The notes: generated by a model not told the origin, from the sequence alone. A DNA stretch of 55,283 bases, filler included, from Catajapyx aquilonaris (GCA_000934665.2; 3 parts of 3 records of this genome joined end to end with filler, not necessarily neighbours in it); one strand, 5' to 3'; shown: positions 26,362 through 36,828, numbered from the whole stretch's first letter. Program-made: numbers and translations.

Positions 26362-28623
26362 ATGTCCGGGTTGCAAGTGCTGGTCCTTTGCTCCGTGGCC
26401 ATGGCCATGTTTGGTGGCCGCACATCATCATTATCATCATCTTCATCATCATCGGGTGTTGGAAAGAACGTGTCTCGTCTGATGGAAGAGGAGAAGAGGA
26501 AGGTGCGTGGGGAGGAAGGAGAGTGGTGGGCAGTGTCCAGACTGGTGAGGGGCGTCCTGGACACGAGGGAGGACATGCGGGGATGCGGCCTGGTCCTGTC
26601 CACTGACCTCGTCGGGTCATCGAGCGTCTGGGAGGGACTGTGGAGGCCTCTTCTCAAAGGTCACTCGGACAAGTACCTCCCGTCCTTCTCACTCAGGACG
26701 ACCTCCTTCCCACACTCCTTCACAGACTACCCCTGGCTCAAGGGTCAAGCTGACCTCTTGGACTTCACCACCGTCCCTCCTGACCTCCTCGCGACCTCCG
26801 CCTGGTCAGCCTCTGCCTGCACCCTCCACCTCCTCCTCCCCTCCTACCCGGCATCCCTCCCACAACTGGTCATGTCCACCGCCTTTAAGGTCAGGGTCAG
26901 TCCACTCGACGACCGTTTCCTCATCCACTTCCCTCGGAGGTCAGCTGCCCTTCATCATGTGGAGGAGAGAGAGGTCAGTCGAGTGATGACCTCGCCCCCT
27001 GCCAGTGCCTTCAGGCTGAAGGTGTCCACCCGGATAGAAGAAGATGGCGTCATCAGGATGGAGACTGTCTGCTTCTTCTGCGCAGAAGGGGGCCAACCTG
27101 AGATCATCGATCTCGGTCAGGTGAGGGTGACGAAGAATCCGATGGTTGGCAGCCTCTTCAGAAACTACGAAGTTAACAAAATGAACAAGAAACCAGTCGT
27201 GATTGGAATGTATCTTTTTTACGTGGACATGGAAGACGTTCGAAGAAGACGACGAAAGGGACTGAGAGAAGTTGACCTCATATATGATGAAAGATATTAC
27301 ATTCTTTGCGAGGAATCGAGCAACTATTTCATTTCGGAGATTCACATAAAGGAGCCAACCAGCGCCGACCTTGAGCACAGACTGGACAACGGTACTTGGG
27401 TGGGACTAACGCCTGACTTGTTGTCTGGGCGCGTTGATGTGATAGGAATCTTGCCTTACACGGAGGACACCTACAGACACACCCTCCTGACTCATCCGTA
27501 CTTTTACGGGCACGCGACATTCGCCACAAGAAGACCCGGCGGAGTGATCAGCTGGAGGGTCATCTTCAGGCCCTACGTACTCTCCTTCTGGATGTCCTTG
27601 GGGGTCACCCTCGCCCTTCTCCCGATTGCGATGGGCAGACTCTCCCGCTGCAACCCTTCTCGAGCGAAGTCTGAGGTCGAAGGGCAGCCACTGACCCTGC
27701 TGGGATCCCTCCACGTCCTGGCCAGACACCTGATAGAACAGCCCGTTCCCTTCCCGACTTCCCGCCGCTTTCTTTTCCTGGCCTCTTCCTTCCTCTTCTT
27801 CTCCACCGTGGTCATCACTGGCTACAAGGCCAAGATGGTCTCCTTCCTTACCTTCCCCCCGAGGGACTTTGTCCCGAAAAACTGGCGGGAACTGGCGGAG
27901 TCTGATTGGACCGTCGAAATGAATTTGATGAATTTTATTCTGTGGAAGAAATACCTATCCTATGTCGACGATCCTCTCTATCACACACTGGATTCTAAGG
28001 TGTCAGTGGGTGAGAGTATCCAGAGTTGCCTGGAGAAGATGCAAAGTGAGCAGCTCGTCTGTTCGGGTGTAAATGTACTCATGGATTACGAGATTTACCT
28101 CTTTCGCGACACTTCCGGGAAACCAACATTCCGTTACTCCGACGACCACATATTTCCGACGTACACTGGATCGAGTTACCCCCGTGGACAAACCATGGCG
28201 TATCACATCGGAGCGAAGATGGTCAGATTTGGAAATGAAAATGATATGGCAACAGTGGCCGTGCGTGACTACATGTACCTGATGTTCATCCGTTCCTTGG
28301 GTCGAATCCGGGCCAGGGAGAGAGACACCCCCCAAAAGGCAGAGGAAGTGTTGACAAGGAGAAAGCTATCTGCCATCTTCAACATGTGGTTGGTGGGACT
28401 GGCTGTTGCCCTGGGTGCATTTGCATGTGAAATGTTCAGTGGTAGTGTGGTTGGCGTGAAGCATTTATGGTCTGGTCGCCGTAACACAGTGGTAAGTGTG
28501 GTGCCAAATGGACAGCCTGAGCGCGAGAAGACCAGTCAACTTGCCAGTCAATCTCTGCCCTTCACTTTCGCAATAAGTCAAAAGAAAATACTCGTAACCG
28601 GAAAATATCCCTTTTTGAATTGA
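26362..28623 (+). CDS. Intronless divergent ionotropic receptor, copy 2, 753 aa
   Basis: Same motifs as copy 1; about 50 aa differences counted by eye (~93% identity); ORF intact. Confidence 0.9.
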   Translation: MSGLQVLVLCSVAMAMFGGRTSSLSSSSSSSGVGKNVSRLMEEEKRKVRGEEGEWWAVSRLVRGVLDTREDMRGCGLVLSTDLVGSSSVWEGLWRPLLKGHSDKYLPSFSLRTTSFPHSFTDYPWLKGQADLLDFTTVPPDLLATSAWSASACTLHLLLPSYPASLPQLVMSTAFKVRVSPLDDRFLIHFPRRSAALHHVEEREVSRVMTSPPASAFRLKVSTRIEEDGVIRMETVCFFCAEGGQPEIIDLGQVRVTKNPMVGSLFRNYEVNKMNKKPVVIGMYLFYVDMEDVRRRRRKGLREVDLIYDERYYILCEESSNYFISEIHIKEPTSADLEHRLDNGTWVGLTPDLLSGRVDVIGILPYTEDTYRHTLLTHPYFYGHATFATRRPGGVISWRVIFRPYVLSFWMSLGVTLALLPIAMGRLSRCNPSRAKSEVEGQPLTLLGSLHVLARHLIEQPVPFPTSRRFLFLASSFLFFSTVVITGYKAKMVSFLTFPPRDFVPKNWRELAESDWTVEMNLMNFILWKKYLSYVDDPLYHTLDSKVSVGESIQSCLEKMQSEQLVCSGVNVLMDYEIYLFRDTSGKPTFRYSDDHIFPTYTGSSYPRGQTMAYHIGAKMVRFGNENDMATVAVRDYMYLMFIRSLGRIRARERDTPQKAEEVLTRRKLSAIFNMWLVGLAVALGAFACEMFSGSVVGVKHLWSGRRNTVVSVVPNGQPEREKTSQLASQSLPFTFAISQKKILVTGKYPFLN

Positions 28624-28668
28624 TTTCTCATTTATTTGTCATTTTCAATTTTCATGTCCTCTCACATA

Positions 28669-29556
28669 CGAGGGCATATCAAAAAGTTTTGGCCCTGAGA
28701 CAGATGGACACATCCCCTTGGACTGTGCTGCCAACATATAGTAGGCACATCTACTACTAGTGCCAGGTGCAAGTGTCAATGCGATTGCATAATTCATTGC
28801 AAAGTTACAGCTCCGAGAAGACAGCAAGGTGTTGGACGCTGCTGACAACGGAGAAAATTGAGTATCGCTCTGTTATCAAGTACCCCATAAAGAAGGGGAT
28901 GTCGGCAAAGGAGATTTACGAAGACATGCGAGAAACGGTGGGTGATGATGCTCCACCATACACCACAGTCAAGAACTGGGTTCGCGACTTCAAACTGGGA
29001 AGAGAGCGACTTGAAGACAACCCCCGCTCTGGGCGCCCAACAACGCCGACAACAGTGGAAAGTCCACGACCTGATGTTGGCAGATCGTCGGATCACTGTC
29101 CACGAATTGGCCACCGCTGTGGGCATCTCATATGGGTCGGTACACAACATCCTGACCGACACGTTGGGATTCCACAAGGTTTGTGTGAGATGGGTGCCCA
29201 CGCCAGACCAGAAGCGCTCTCGTGTGACTCTTTCCGAGGCTGCCCTTGCCCTCTTCCTCGCAAACCCTGATGACTTCCTTGCTCGGTATGTCACCCAGGA
29301 TGAAAGCTGGATTCAACATTATGACCCGGAGACGAAAGCCCGAAGGAAAGAGTTCGTGGACGACACTTTGGCGGCTGTGGATGAGTGGTTGGGAGGGGTC
29401 GACAATAACTTCTTCCTCCATGGTATCCGAAGGCTGTAGCACCGCTGGGGCAAGTGTGTGGCAGTGCGAGGGGACTATGTAGAGAAGTGAAAATAAAATA
29501 ATCCTCCTCTGCTTATTGGTAGTGTCTCGGGGCCAAAACTTTTTGATATGCCCTCG
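28669..29556 (+). mobile_element. Internally deleted, frameshifted mariner element (888 bp)
   Basis: TIRs CGAGGGCATATCAAAAAGTTTTGGCCC / GGGCCAAAACTTTTTGATATGCCCTCG; TA duplication; transposase fragments (YRSVIKY..LEDNPRSGRP, WVP, YVTQDESWIQHYDPETK). Empty site ctcacaTAgttgtcac in copy 1 (~23814-23829). Confidence 0.95.
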
Positions 29557-31496
29557 TAGTTGTCACAGGTTGGATGAACATAAAAGCCAGTGGGTTCATT
29601 CCTTTACAACATTGTTTCACTTCACTGATATGCAACGCACAAGAGTATATGAGCAGGCGTATTCGTGTAAATAATGCAAATTATTATGATGTCACGATTA
29701 TATTATGTCGCGAATATCGCGACACACACCGCTCTGTGACTGCGCAAGGGTATTAGAAATTGGTAGCCTACTTGGGATTATCAATTTCCATAAACAATCA
29801 CTACCGTAATGGCGTAAATGCCTGCTGTAATGGACGTCTGACATCTACAATAAATCTAGGCGCAGGTTTTTGTACTTTAAACGATTGTAATATTGTAATA
29901 TTCGTGCCTCAGGAAAAACGAAGCCCAGTTGCATCGTTGAAAAGTGTCAAAAATGAGGCAGATGTTATACAGTATGTTAGAAAAAGTGTGATTAAATTTT
30001 TTCACAATACCGGTAGTTCATAGTCAATAATTCCACTACGAGAGCAGATTCAACTATCCTCCGCATTGATTATTCCAACGTTGCACAACATGCACATGAA
30101 ATTGCCCTTTTCATTCCACCAATCCTCTCCTCAATGACTGGGGGGCAATAAACAACCGGTTTATTGCTGCACCTACAACAAAGTACAGTGCGAATGCATT
30201 CCTCTCATTATTTATGTTGTGTGTTCCATAATAATCCAGCCCAAATCAGTTATGTTTCAAAAGTCATTCATATATTATGCAAGTATGACACCAATGCCCG
30301 TCCACAGAATCTCTTGTTTGACATGTAGCACAACATGAGCATTGGAGATGTACGTGAATATTGTCACCAATAAATCTGTGATGGCCAATTCTTTTCGTCA
30401 TAAGCTCATAAGCTTTTTGGAGTTCACAGGCTGATGCTGCTGGAGGAGGATGCCGGGATGAGGGGATACAAACAAACATTCTTAACTACCTGCTTGATAT
30501 CTGAAAGGGAGAAGGTCCTGGAATTTAGCCTATTTCCAGTGTCATTGAGCAATCGTCGTCTTAATATTATCTCCTTTAGTGCACCTGATCGATATATCAT
30601 TCCCATATACATTATATATGAACTATTTTTCGGTGTCACATTCCTATTATAGGGAGAGGTTGTATATAATTTTCCCATCTTGCCTCATGTAGGCCTACAT
30701 TATGTGAGAGGGTGTTAAACTTCCGATGTGCGAGTCATTTCCTGATTGATGCATCATTATTATGATGTTATTATTGTCGTAGACATTTCGTTAATCCCAT
30801 GACCGTGGGCAAGGTCATATCATTCAAATATTTTATGCTGCGCATGCAATAGTTACAATATTTTTAAATGTTTCATTCTCACGTACAGTGGAAAAATTAT
30901 TTATTAAACGACCTGCTTCTTAGTAGACCTATACAATACAATGTGTGACATAACAGCTAATTTTTTTTCTAAAGCAATACCATTTTTGAAAATTATGACC
31001 ATTCAATGCACGGATCATTATTTATTAACGGAAAGGACATTGGCATCTATAGTACCCAATGTAACCAGCTGATATTCATAATTCCCAGGATGAATTCCTC
31101 CTATAGAGTTGTTACAATTACTTGTATAATGGAATCCAAAATTCCAACGTGTTTTAATTTACATTGTACAGATTTTTAATTATGCAATAATTTATTATTT
31201 GTCTGCAAAGATTATGCATCCTGCTTAAAATACTTATTTCCCGCATGTAAATAAAATAATAATAATGCATGTAGCCAATGATATCTTAAACTGACTCTCA
31301 GAGAAAAATTAGTTCCAAACTATATCCAGCTCGATGTTGTGCTTCAGACCCTATCGTCGCATTAAAATGACTTCAGAGAAACATTATTATAGTACACAAG
31401 GTACAGAAAGATTTTTTAAAAATGCTACGTCGCTTTATTTTTCACTTGCATATTTTACAATCGGGTTGTTACTATACCTTTGTTGCATTTATCTAA

Positions 31497-32366
31497 CTAC
31501 CAGACCACAAGTTGCGCATCTGCGTAGAATCCGCCTTCTACCTGGCACCGGTATATTCCGGAGTCGGACTCTCTCGCATTGTTGACAACGAGGAGATGCA
31601 CGGACCACTCGTTGCTGTAGTCGGAAAATTGCGGTTCGTCATTATAAGCAGCACCAGTCGTCTCCAGATCACGAGGTACTCCATTGCTGTCCAGCTTGGA
31701 CCAGGTCAACGACTCGGCCAGACGTCTGGTGTCCTCTGCACGTACGATGCATACCAAACCTGCGTCTAGGCCTGTCAAAATATCCTCATTCTGCATGTAC
31801 ACAGTGGTGGGTCTGCCAGCTACATCTGCTAGACAAGCATTTGCCTAAAACGCTGTTGTTAACCTAAACATACGAAATATAGTACCTTCAACCACGTTGA
31901 CTGGTATGTCCACAAACTCTCCGTTTTCCACCTGACAGCGGTACGTCCCAGCGTCCGACTCCTTCGCATGTGTAATGCTGTACGTGACAGCTCTCAAAGA
32001 AACTAGTCCAGGGATTGTAGCTGTTTCTACCTTTTGGGTCGGAAGTCTCTCTGGTCTTCCTCCAGCATTAGGATCGAGTTTGAAGAAAGTAACGTCGCAG
32101 GGTGTGTTGCTGCTACTCCGTGATATACAGACCAGGGAGCCTTGTGATCCTACTTCGATTGACTCTTCCATCGGTGCATATGCGATGGTCGGATTTAGGC
32201 AATAATCGGAATCGGCTGAAATTGAACTTATGAGTCATGAAGTTGTTTGGGGAAAGTGATTATACAAAAACCTAAACATTTTCTGATCACTTATTTTGTA
32301 CTTGTTCCACTTACCAGTAATTACAACGAGCGATATGAGGTACAGCAGCAGTACTGATGCCAACAT
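31497..32366 (-). CDS. Secreted two-Ig-domain protein, paralog C (~237 aa; exons 32366-32315, 32215-31886, 31828-31497)
   Basis: Signal peptide MLASVLLLYLISLVVIT with G|GTAAGT donor; Ig1 ..CLNPTIAY..LVCISR..DAGTYRCQV; Ig2 ..LTWSKLD..DSGIYRCQV..AQLVVW*. Phase-1 introns; 714 nt. Confidence 0.88.
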
Positions 32367-33055
32367 GTTACTGACCACAGGTTGCCAGAAGCCAGTCTGA
32401 ACACTGCCTTGATCCTCTTTGCCAAATAAATGTCCCATCTTGCGTCATGTAGGCCTACATTATGTGAGAGGGTGTTAAAGCTTCCAATGTGCGAGTCATT
32501 TCCTGATTGATGCATCAATGGGCATAGGATGTTATTATTGTAGACCTTTCGTTAATCCGTGACCAAGGACAAGGTCATATTCTTCATATCCATGCAATAT
32601 TTACAGTATTTTTCTGTTTCATTATCAGTGTACATCGGAAAAATTCTTATATGACCTGCGTCCTATAGTAGGTACAGCTAAATGTATGACATAACAGCTA
32701 TTACTTTGTTTTCTAAAGCAATGAAATATTTGAAGATTATGAACATTCACTGCAAGGATCATTATTTATATACGTACTATTGTATAGGCCACTAATTACT
32801 GCATATTGTGAGGAGTCAGTTTTTGTTACGATTGTCATGGTCATAACCTTACGATAACAGAATAGTTTTGGAATATTCTTCAGGTTTTTGTGGTAATCCC
32901 TGGAAAGGCTAAGTTCACACCTTCCGTCTTTTTTTAAACATTTTTGCACTTAAATGAGCTAATCCTACAAAATAATACTTCAGTAGTACCATCACTTGTC
33001 ACAGTCTGTAAAATTCGTTCATCAGTGTTATACAGCATAGTACCTGTGTAAATAC

Positions 33056-33290
33056 CTTCCTCGTACACCACTTTCAGGTGGATGTTCGCGAACACTTCGG
33101 GGGTCACCATGCACCTGTACTTCTCAGACTCCAGGACGCTCACAGAGAGTGTGTCTGGACGGATATCACGTCAGTCTTGCCAAGATGGGCAGTGACCCTT
33201 GAAGCAGTGGATGTGCCCAACTCGGCGAAAATGATTTACCGAGAGGTCTCTGCAACCCATGCCGAAGACACGTAGTTTGTTTTCTAGAAA
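33056..33290 (-). pseudogene. Degenerate Ig exon remnant downstream of paralog B
   Basis: 3' part reads ESEKYRCMV..VFANIHLKVVYEEG with a phase-1 G|GT donor at 33056; the 5' part has stops or frameshifts. Confidence 0.55.
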
Positions 33291-33448
33291 TTTGATCCTA
33301 CTGTGCATTGTGACCCTGGCCCTTTTGTGATGTATATATAGGATAGTGAAAGTATTTTGCGAATGACAAATCACTTTATTCTCCAAACGTATGTTTTACA
33401 ATCGGTTTCGGTTTGTTATAATCCCAGAACGTATACTGTTATATCCGA

Positions 33449-34555
33449 TTAGTAGACCACGAGACTTGCGTCTGTGTAGATTGCACCTTTTAGCTGGCAC
33501 CGGTACTTCCCTGCGTCGGACATTCTGGCGTGTTTGATCACGAGGAGATGCACGGACCGCTTGCTGATGAAGTCGATAGAGTACGAACCGCCTTCGTAAT
33601 CCGCACCCGTCGTCATCAGATCACGCGGTCCTCCATTGCTGTCCAGCTTGGACCAGGTCAAAGACTCGGCCAGACGACTGATGTTCTCTCCACGTACGAT
33701 GCATACCAATGCGGTGTCTCCCCCTTCCTGAACGTACTCGCTCTGCATGTCCACACTCGTGGGTCTACCATCCACATCTGCTCTAAAAAAAACATGTCCA
33801 GACCTGTGTAACACTATGATGTTAACCTATAGAGTCCTAGACCTCTAAGAGTACTGTACCTTCCACCACTTTGACTTGTACGTCCGCAAAATCTCCGCTT
33901 TCAACCTGGCAGCGATATGTCCCAGCATCCGACTCGTGAGCGTCGTCGAATTTGTAAGTGTCTGCTCTCAGGGCAAGTAATCCAGGTAAGCTTAATGAAT
34001 CCATATCTTGTGTCGAAATCATCTCTGGTTTTCCTCCATTGGGATCGAGTTTGTATATAGTGACTTTGCACGGTATGTCGCTGAAACTGCGGGAAATGCA
34101 GACCACAGATCCTTCGTGGCCTTCTTCAACCAACTCCTCCCTCGGTGCGTAAGTGATGGTCGCATTTAAGCAACTAGAACGAGCTGAAACTGGGATTGGG
34201 GTCATGAACGCTATTGAATGCAAACCTGTCGCATATTATCAGCCATTACCACACTAGCCTGTTGAAAATATTACGAATAAACATCACTTTTATGTATAAT
34301 TCTGCGTACTTACAGGTTTGGTAATACAGTATATTAAGCGCCTGCATACATGTTTAGATTGATGTATATTAAAGTGTGAATCCTCTGCTCTTTGCCATGG
34401 AACTTTTGATATGACAAGAAAAGCGAACCAGCAGAGTCGTCAATTGTTCCTGGTTTCCAGAAATGCAGAGAGCCCTCTTGTAGGAAGCAAAAGATGTTCA
34501 ACCTACCAGTGATTACAACGAGCGAGAGGTAGAGCAACACCACTGATCCCAACAT
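33449..34555 (-). CDS. Secreted two-Ig-domain protein, paralog B (~233 aa; exons 34555-34507, 34183-33860, ~33777-33449)
   Basis: Signal peptide MLGSVVLLYLSLVVIT; Ig1 VVCISR..DAGTYRCQV; Ig2 LVCIVR..LTWSKLD..DAGKYRCQL..ASLVVY*. Phase-1 GT-AG introns. Confidence 0.88.
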
Positions 34556-34729
34556 GTTTGCCAGTTGGGACTATTCCTCGATCCTCTCTGCCAAATGAAT
34601 TATTCCACCATCACACGAGTCGTGTGTGAGAGCCTGTAAACACGCAAGACATGCAAGTCATTTCCTCAGTGGGCTCAGGATGTTATTATTGTCGGCATGT
34701 GACTAATCCGTGATCAAGAGCAAGGGCAT

Positions 34730-34870
34730 TGTCCCAGCTTCCGACTGTTTAACTTCATCAATGGTGTACGTGCATACTGCTTGAGCAAGATATTTAGTGT
34801 ATCTGACTATAACTCTATGTGATTTACCGAGAATTCTGCAACCCATGCCGAAGACACGTCGCGTCGTTTG
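34730..34870 (-). pseudogene. Degenerate Ig exon remnant downstream of paralog A
   Basis: Minus strand encodes YTIDEVKQSEAGT (compare A Ig1 YIIDEVKQSDAGA) and shares tgcaacccatgccgaagacacgt with the remnant at 33251-33273. Confidence 0.55.
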
Positions 34871-35090
34871 TTCTCCATAAATAATTACATAACTGATTTC
34901 AGTTTACTGTAGTTTCATCCTACAATGCATTGTGGCCCATGTACGATGTGAATGTGATAGTACAAGTTACAGTACATGACGTAATTTTTAAAATGCCAAA
35001 TCACTTTATTTATTCTCCATGCGTATATACTTTACAGTCGGTTTTTAAAAATATCCAAGTGCGTATATCGTTAGTGCAAAATGAATGCGA

Positions 35091-36104
35091 TTACAAGACG
35101 ACGAGCTGTGCGTCTGTGTACACTCCGCCTTCCACCTGGCACCGGTACGTACCGGCGTCGGACAGCCTGGCCTTTTTGATCACGAGGAGATGCGCCAACC
35201 ACTTGCTGTTGAGGTTGTTAAGATAATCACCGGCGTGGTAATCCGCGCCCGTCGTATTCAGATCACGCGGTATCCCATTGCTGTCCAGCTTGGACCAGGT
35301 CAACGAACGTAACAACTGCTCAGTGTCCTCTCCACGTACGATGCAGACCATACCTGCATTTCTTCCTCTATAAAAAGACTCGCTTTGCATGTCCACAGTC
35401 GTGGGTCTCTCACCCACATCTGCTGGAGAAAAAAAACATCGCCAGACTCACAGTCAGACCAACGTGACACATATAGAACTATACAGTACGGTATACCTTG
35501 CACCACGTTGACTTGTATGTCCGCAAACACTCCTTTTTCCACCTGGCAGCGGTATGCCCCAGCGTCCGACTGTTTAACTTCGTCAATTATGTATACGTAT
35601 GAATTCAGTGTAAGATTGGCTACAGGAAATAAGTCTAGAGATGTTTGTAAAGTCTCGGGCATTCCATCGGGGTTGTCCAGTTTGAAGATATTATCGAGGC
35701 AGGATGAGTCGTATGATGAACGTGAAATGCAGACCAGGGAGCCCCGCGCTCCTGCTGCGAGTTTTACCTCCCTCGGTGCATACAAGATGCTCGCGCTTAT
35801 GCAACGGGAAGAAGCTGCAACAGGACTTACAGTCATGAACTGTTAAAATCATCCAACAAACCTATCCTTGATCAACCATTAAATTATCAACCTAGCCAAG
35901 TGAAAATTAATTAATTAATTAATTTTCCCAGAGACCTTTTTAATGCGAGTTTTTCTCGCAAAAGAAATGAACCACCAGAGTCGTGAATGGTTCAGATATT
36001 GATTGCCAGAGAAGCAGAGAGCTTTTTGTAGGAAAGAAAAATTCCAACTCACCAGGAGTGATTACAACGAGCGAGAGAGACAGCACCACTACAGACGCCA
36101 ACAT
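35091..36104 (-). CDS. Secreted two-Ig-domain protein, paralog A (~233 aa; exons 36104-36053, 35814-35497, 35422-35091)
   Basis: Signal peptide MLASVVVLSLSLVVITP with G|GTGAGT donor; Ig1 LVCISR..DAGAYRCQV; Ig2 MVCIVR..LTWSKLD..DAGTYRCQV..AQLVVL*. 702 nt. Confidence 0.88.
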
Positions 36105-36618
36105 GTCGCTAAGGGTTCCACAATTTGTCTGCAGCCAGTTTGGACGACACTGGGATGAAAATGTCCCATCTAGCGACATACATATTATGTGATGAGAGCG
36201 TGTTAACACGCCGACATGCGAGTCATTTCCTGGTGTACGTATGAATCAATCCGCGCGTGATTATTATTGTCGGAATGTGATTAATTCGTGATCAAGGGCA
36301 AGGTCACTTGCGGTGAGCGTGTATAGCGTGTATCATTTACCGGGTGACAGGAAGATTCGTCCCCGACAAATAACTTCCCCGGAAATAACGTCCCCATCGG
36401 GGGTGCCCCCAAGGAAGACATCTAAAATAGAGCGTATAGTGAGACAATATGGAGGGTCAAAAAGTTATCTACCTAGGTATGAAGGACATGGCTTAGCGGC
36501 ATAATTTTTTAATTAGAGGTACTTTCAACCCTTCTTGTACAAGTGTGCAAGTTTGAACTCGATCCGCTCAGAAATGAATGAGCAGGGGTGTTGCGAAGCT
36601 AGGCAGATGTGGGCAAGG

Positions 36619-36828
36619 ATGAATTTCAAGAAATTGAAGCACTGTGCTGTCATGAATTTTCTCACATTGGAGTGGATACGACGTTTTGATGTTCACCACA
36701 AGTTACAGGCAGTGTATGGGGACAGTTCTCATTCCATTGACCCAACAAAGTACTGGTGCAAGCAATTTAAGTGGAGCAGGGAGTCACTTGAAGATGACCC
36801 CCACTCCAGAAGGTCTGTAGAGGCAACA
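36619..36828 (+). mobile_element. Degenerate mariner transposase N-terminal (HTH) fragment, cut by gap
   Basis: AVMNFLTLE..L.AVYGD..KYWCKQFK..RESLEDDPHSRR aligns by eye with the 28.8-kb mariner N-terminus (..KLGRERLEDNPRSGRP). Confidence 0.75.

Larger units (their letters stand above)
21175..30410 (+). repeat. Tandem segmental duplication: ~21175-24660 and ~26005-30410
   Basis: The IR ORF, ~340 bp of upstream and ~880 bp of downstream sequence align between the two copies; copy 2 has an additional mariner insertion. Confidence 0.9.
30675..36310 (-). promoter_or_regulatory. Conserved upstream block repeated before Ig paralogs D, C, B and A
   Basis: Plus-strand GC(G/A)AGTCATTTCCT at ~30730, 32491, 34653, 36218, followed by TTATTATTGT and CAAGG(T/G)CA (~30810, 32570, 34720, 36299), 100-200 bp upstream of the ATG in A, B and C. 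Confidence 0.55.
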
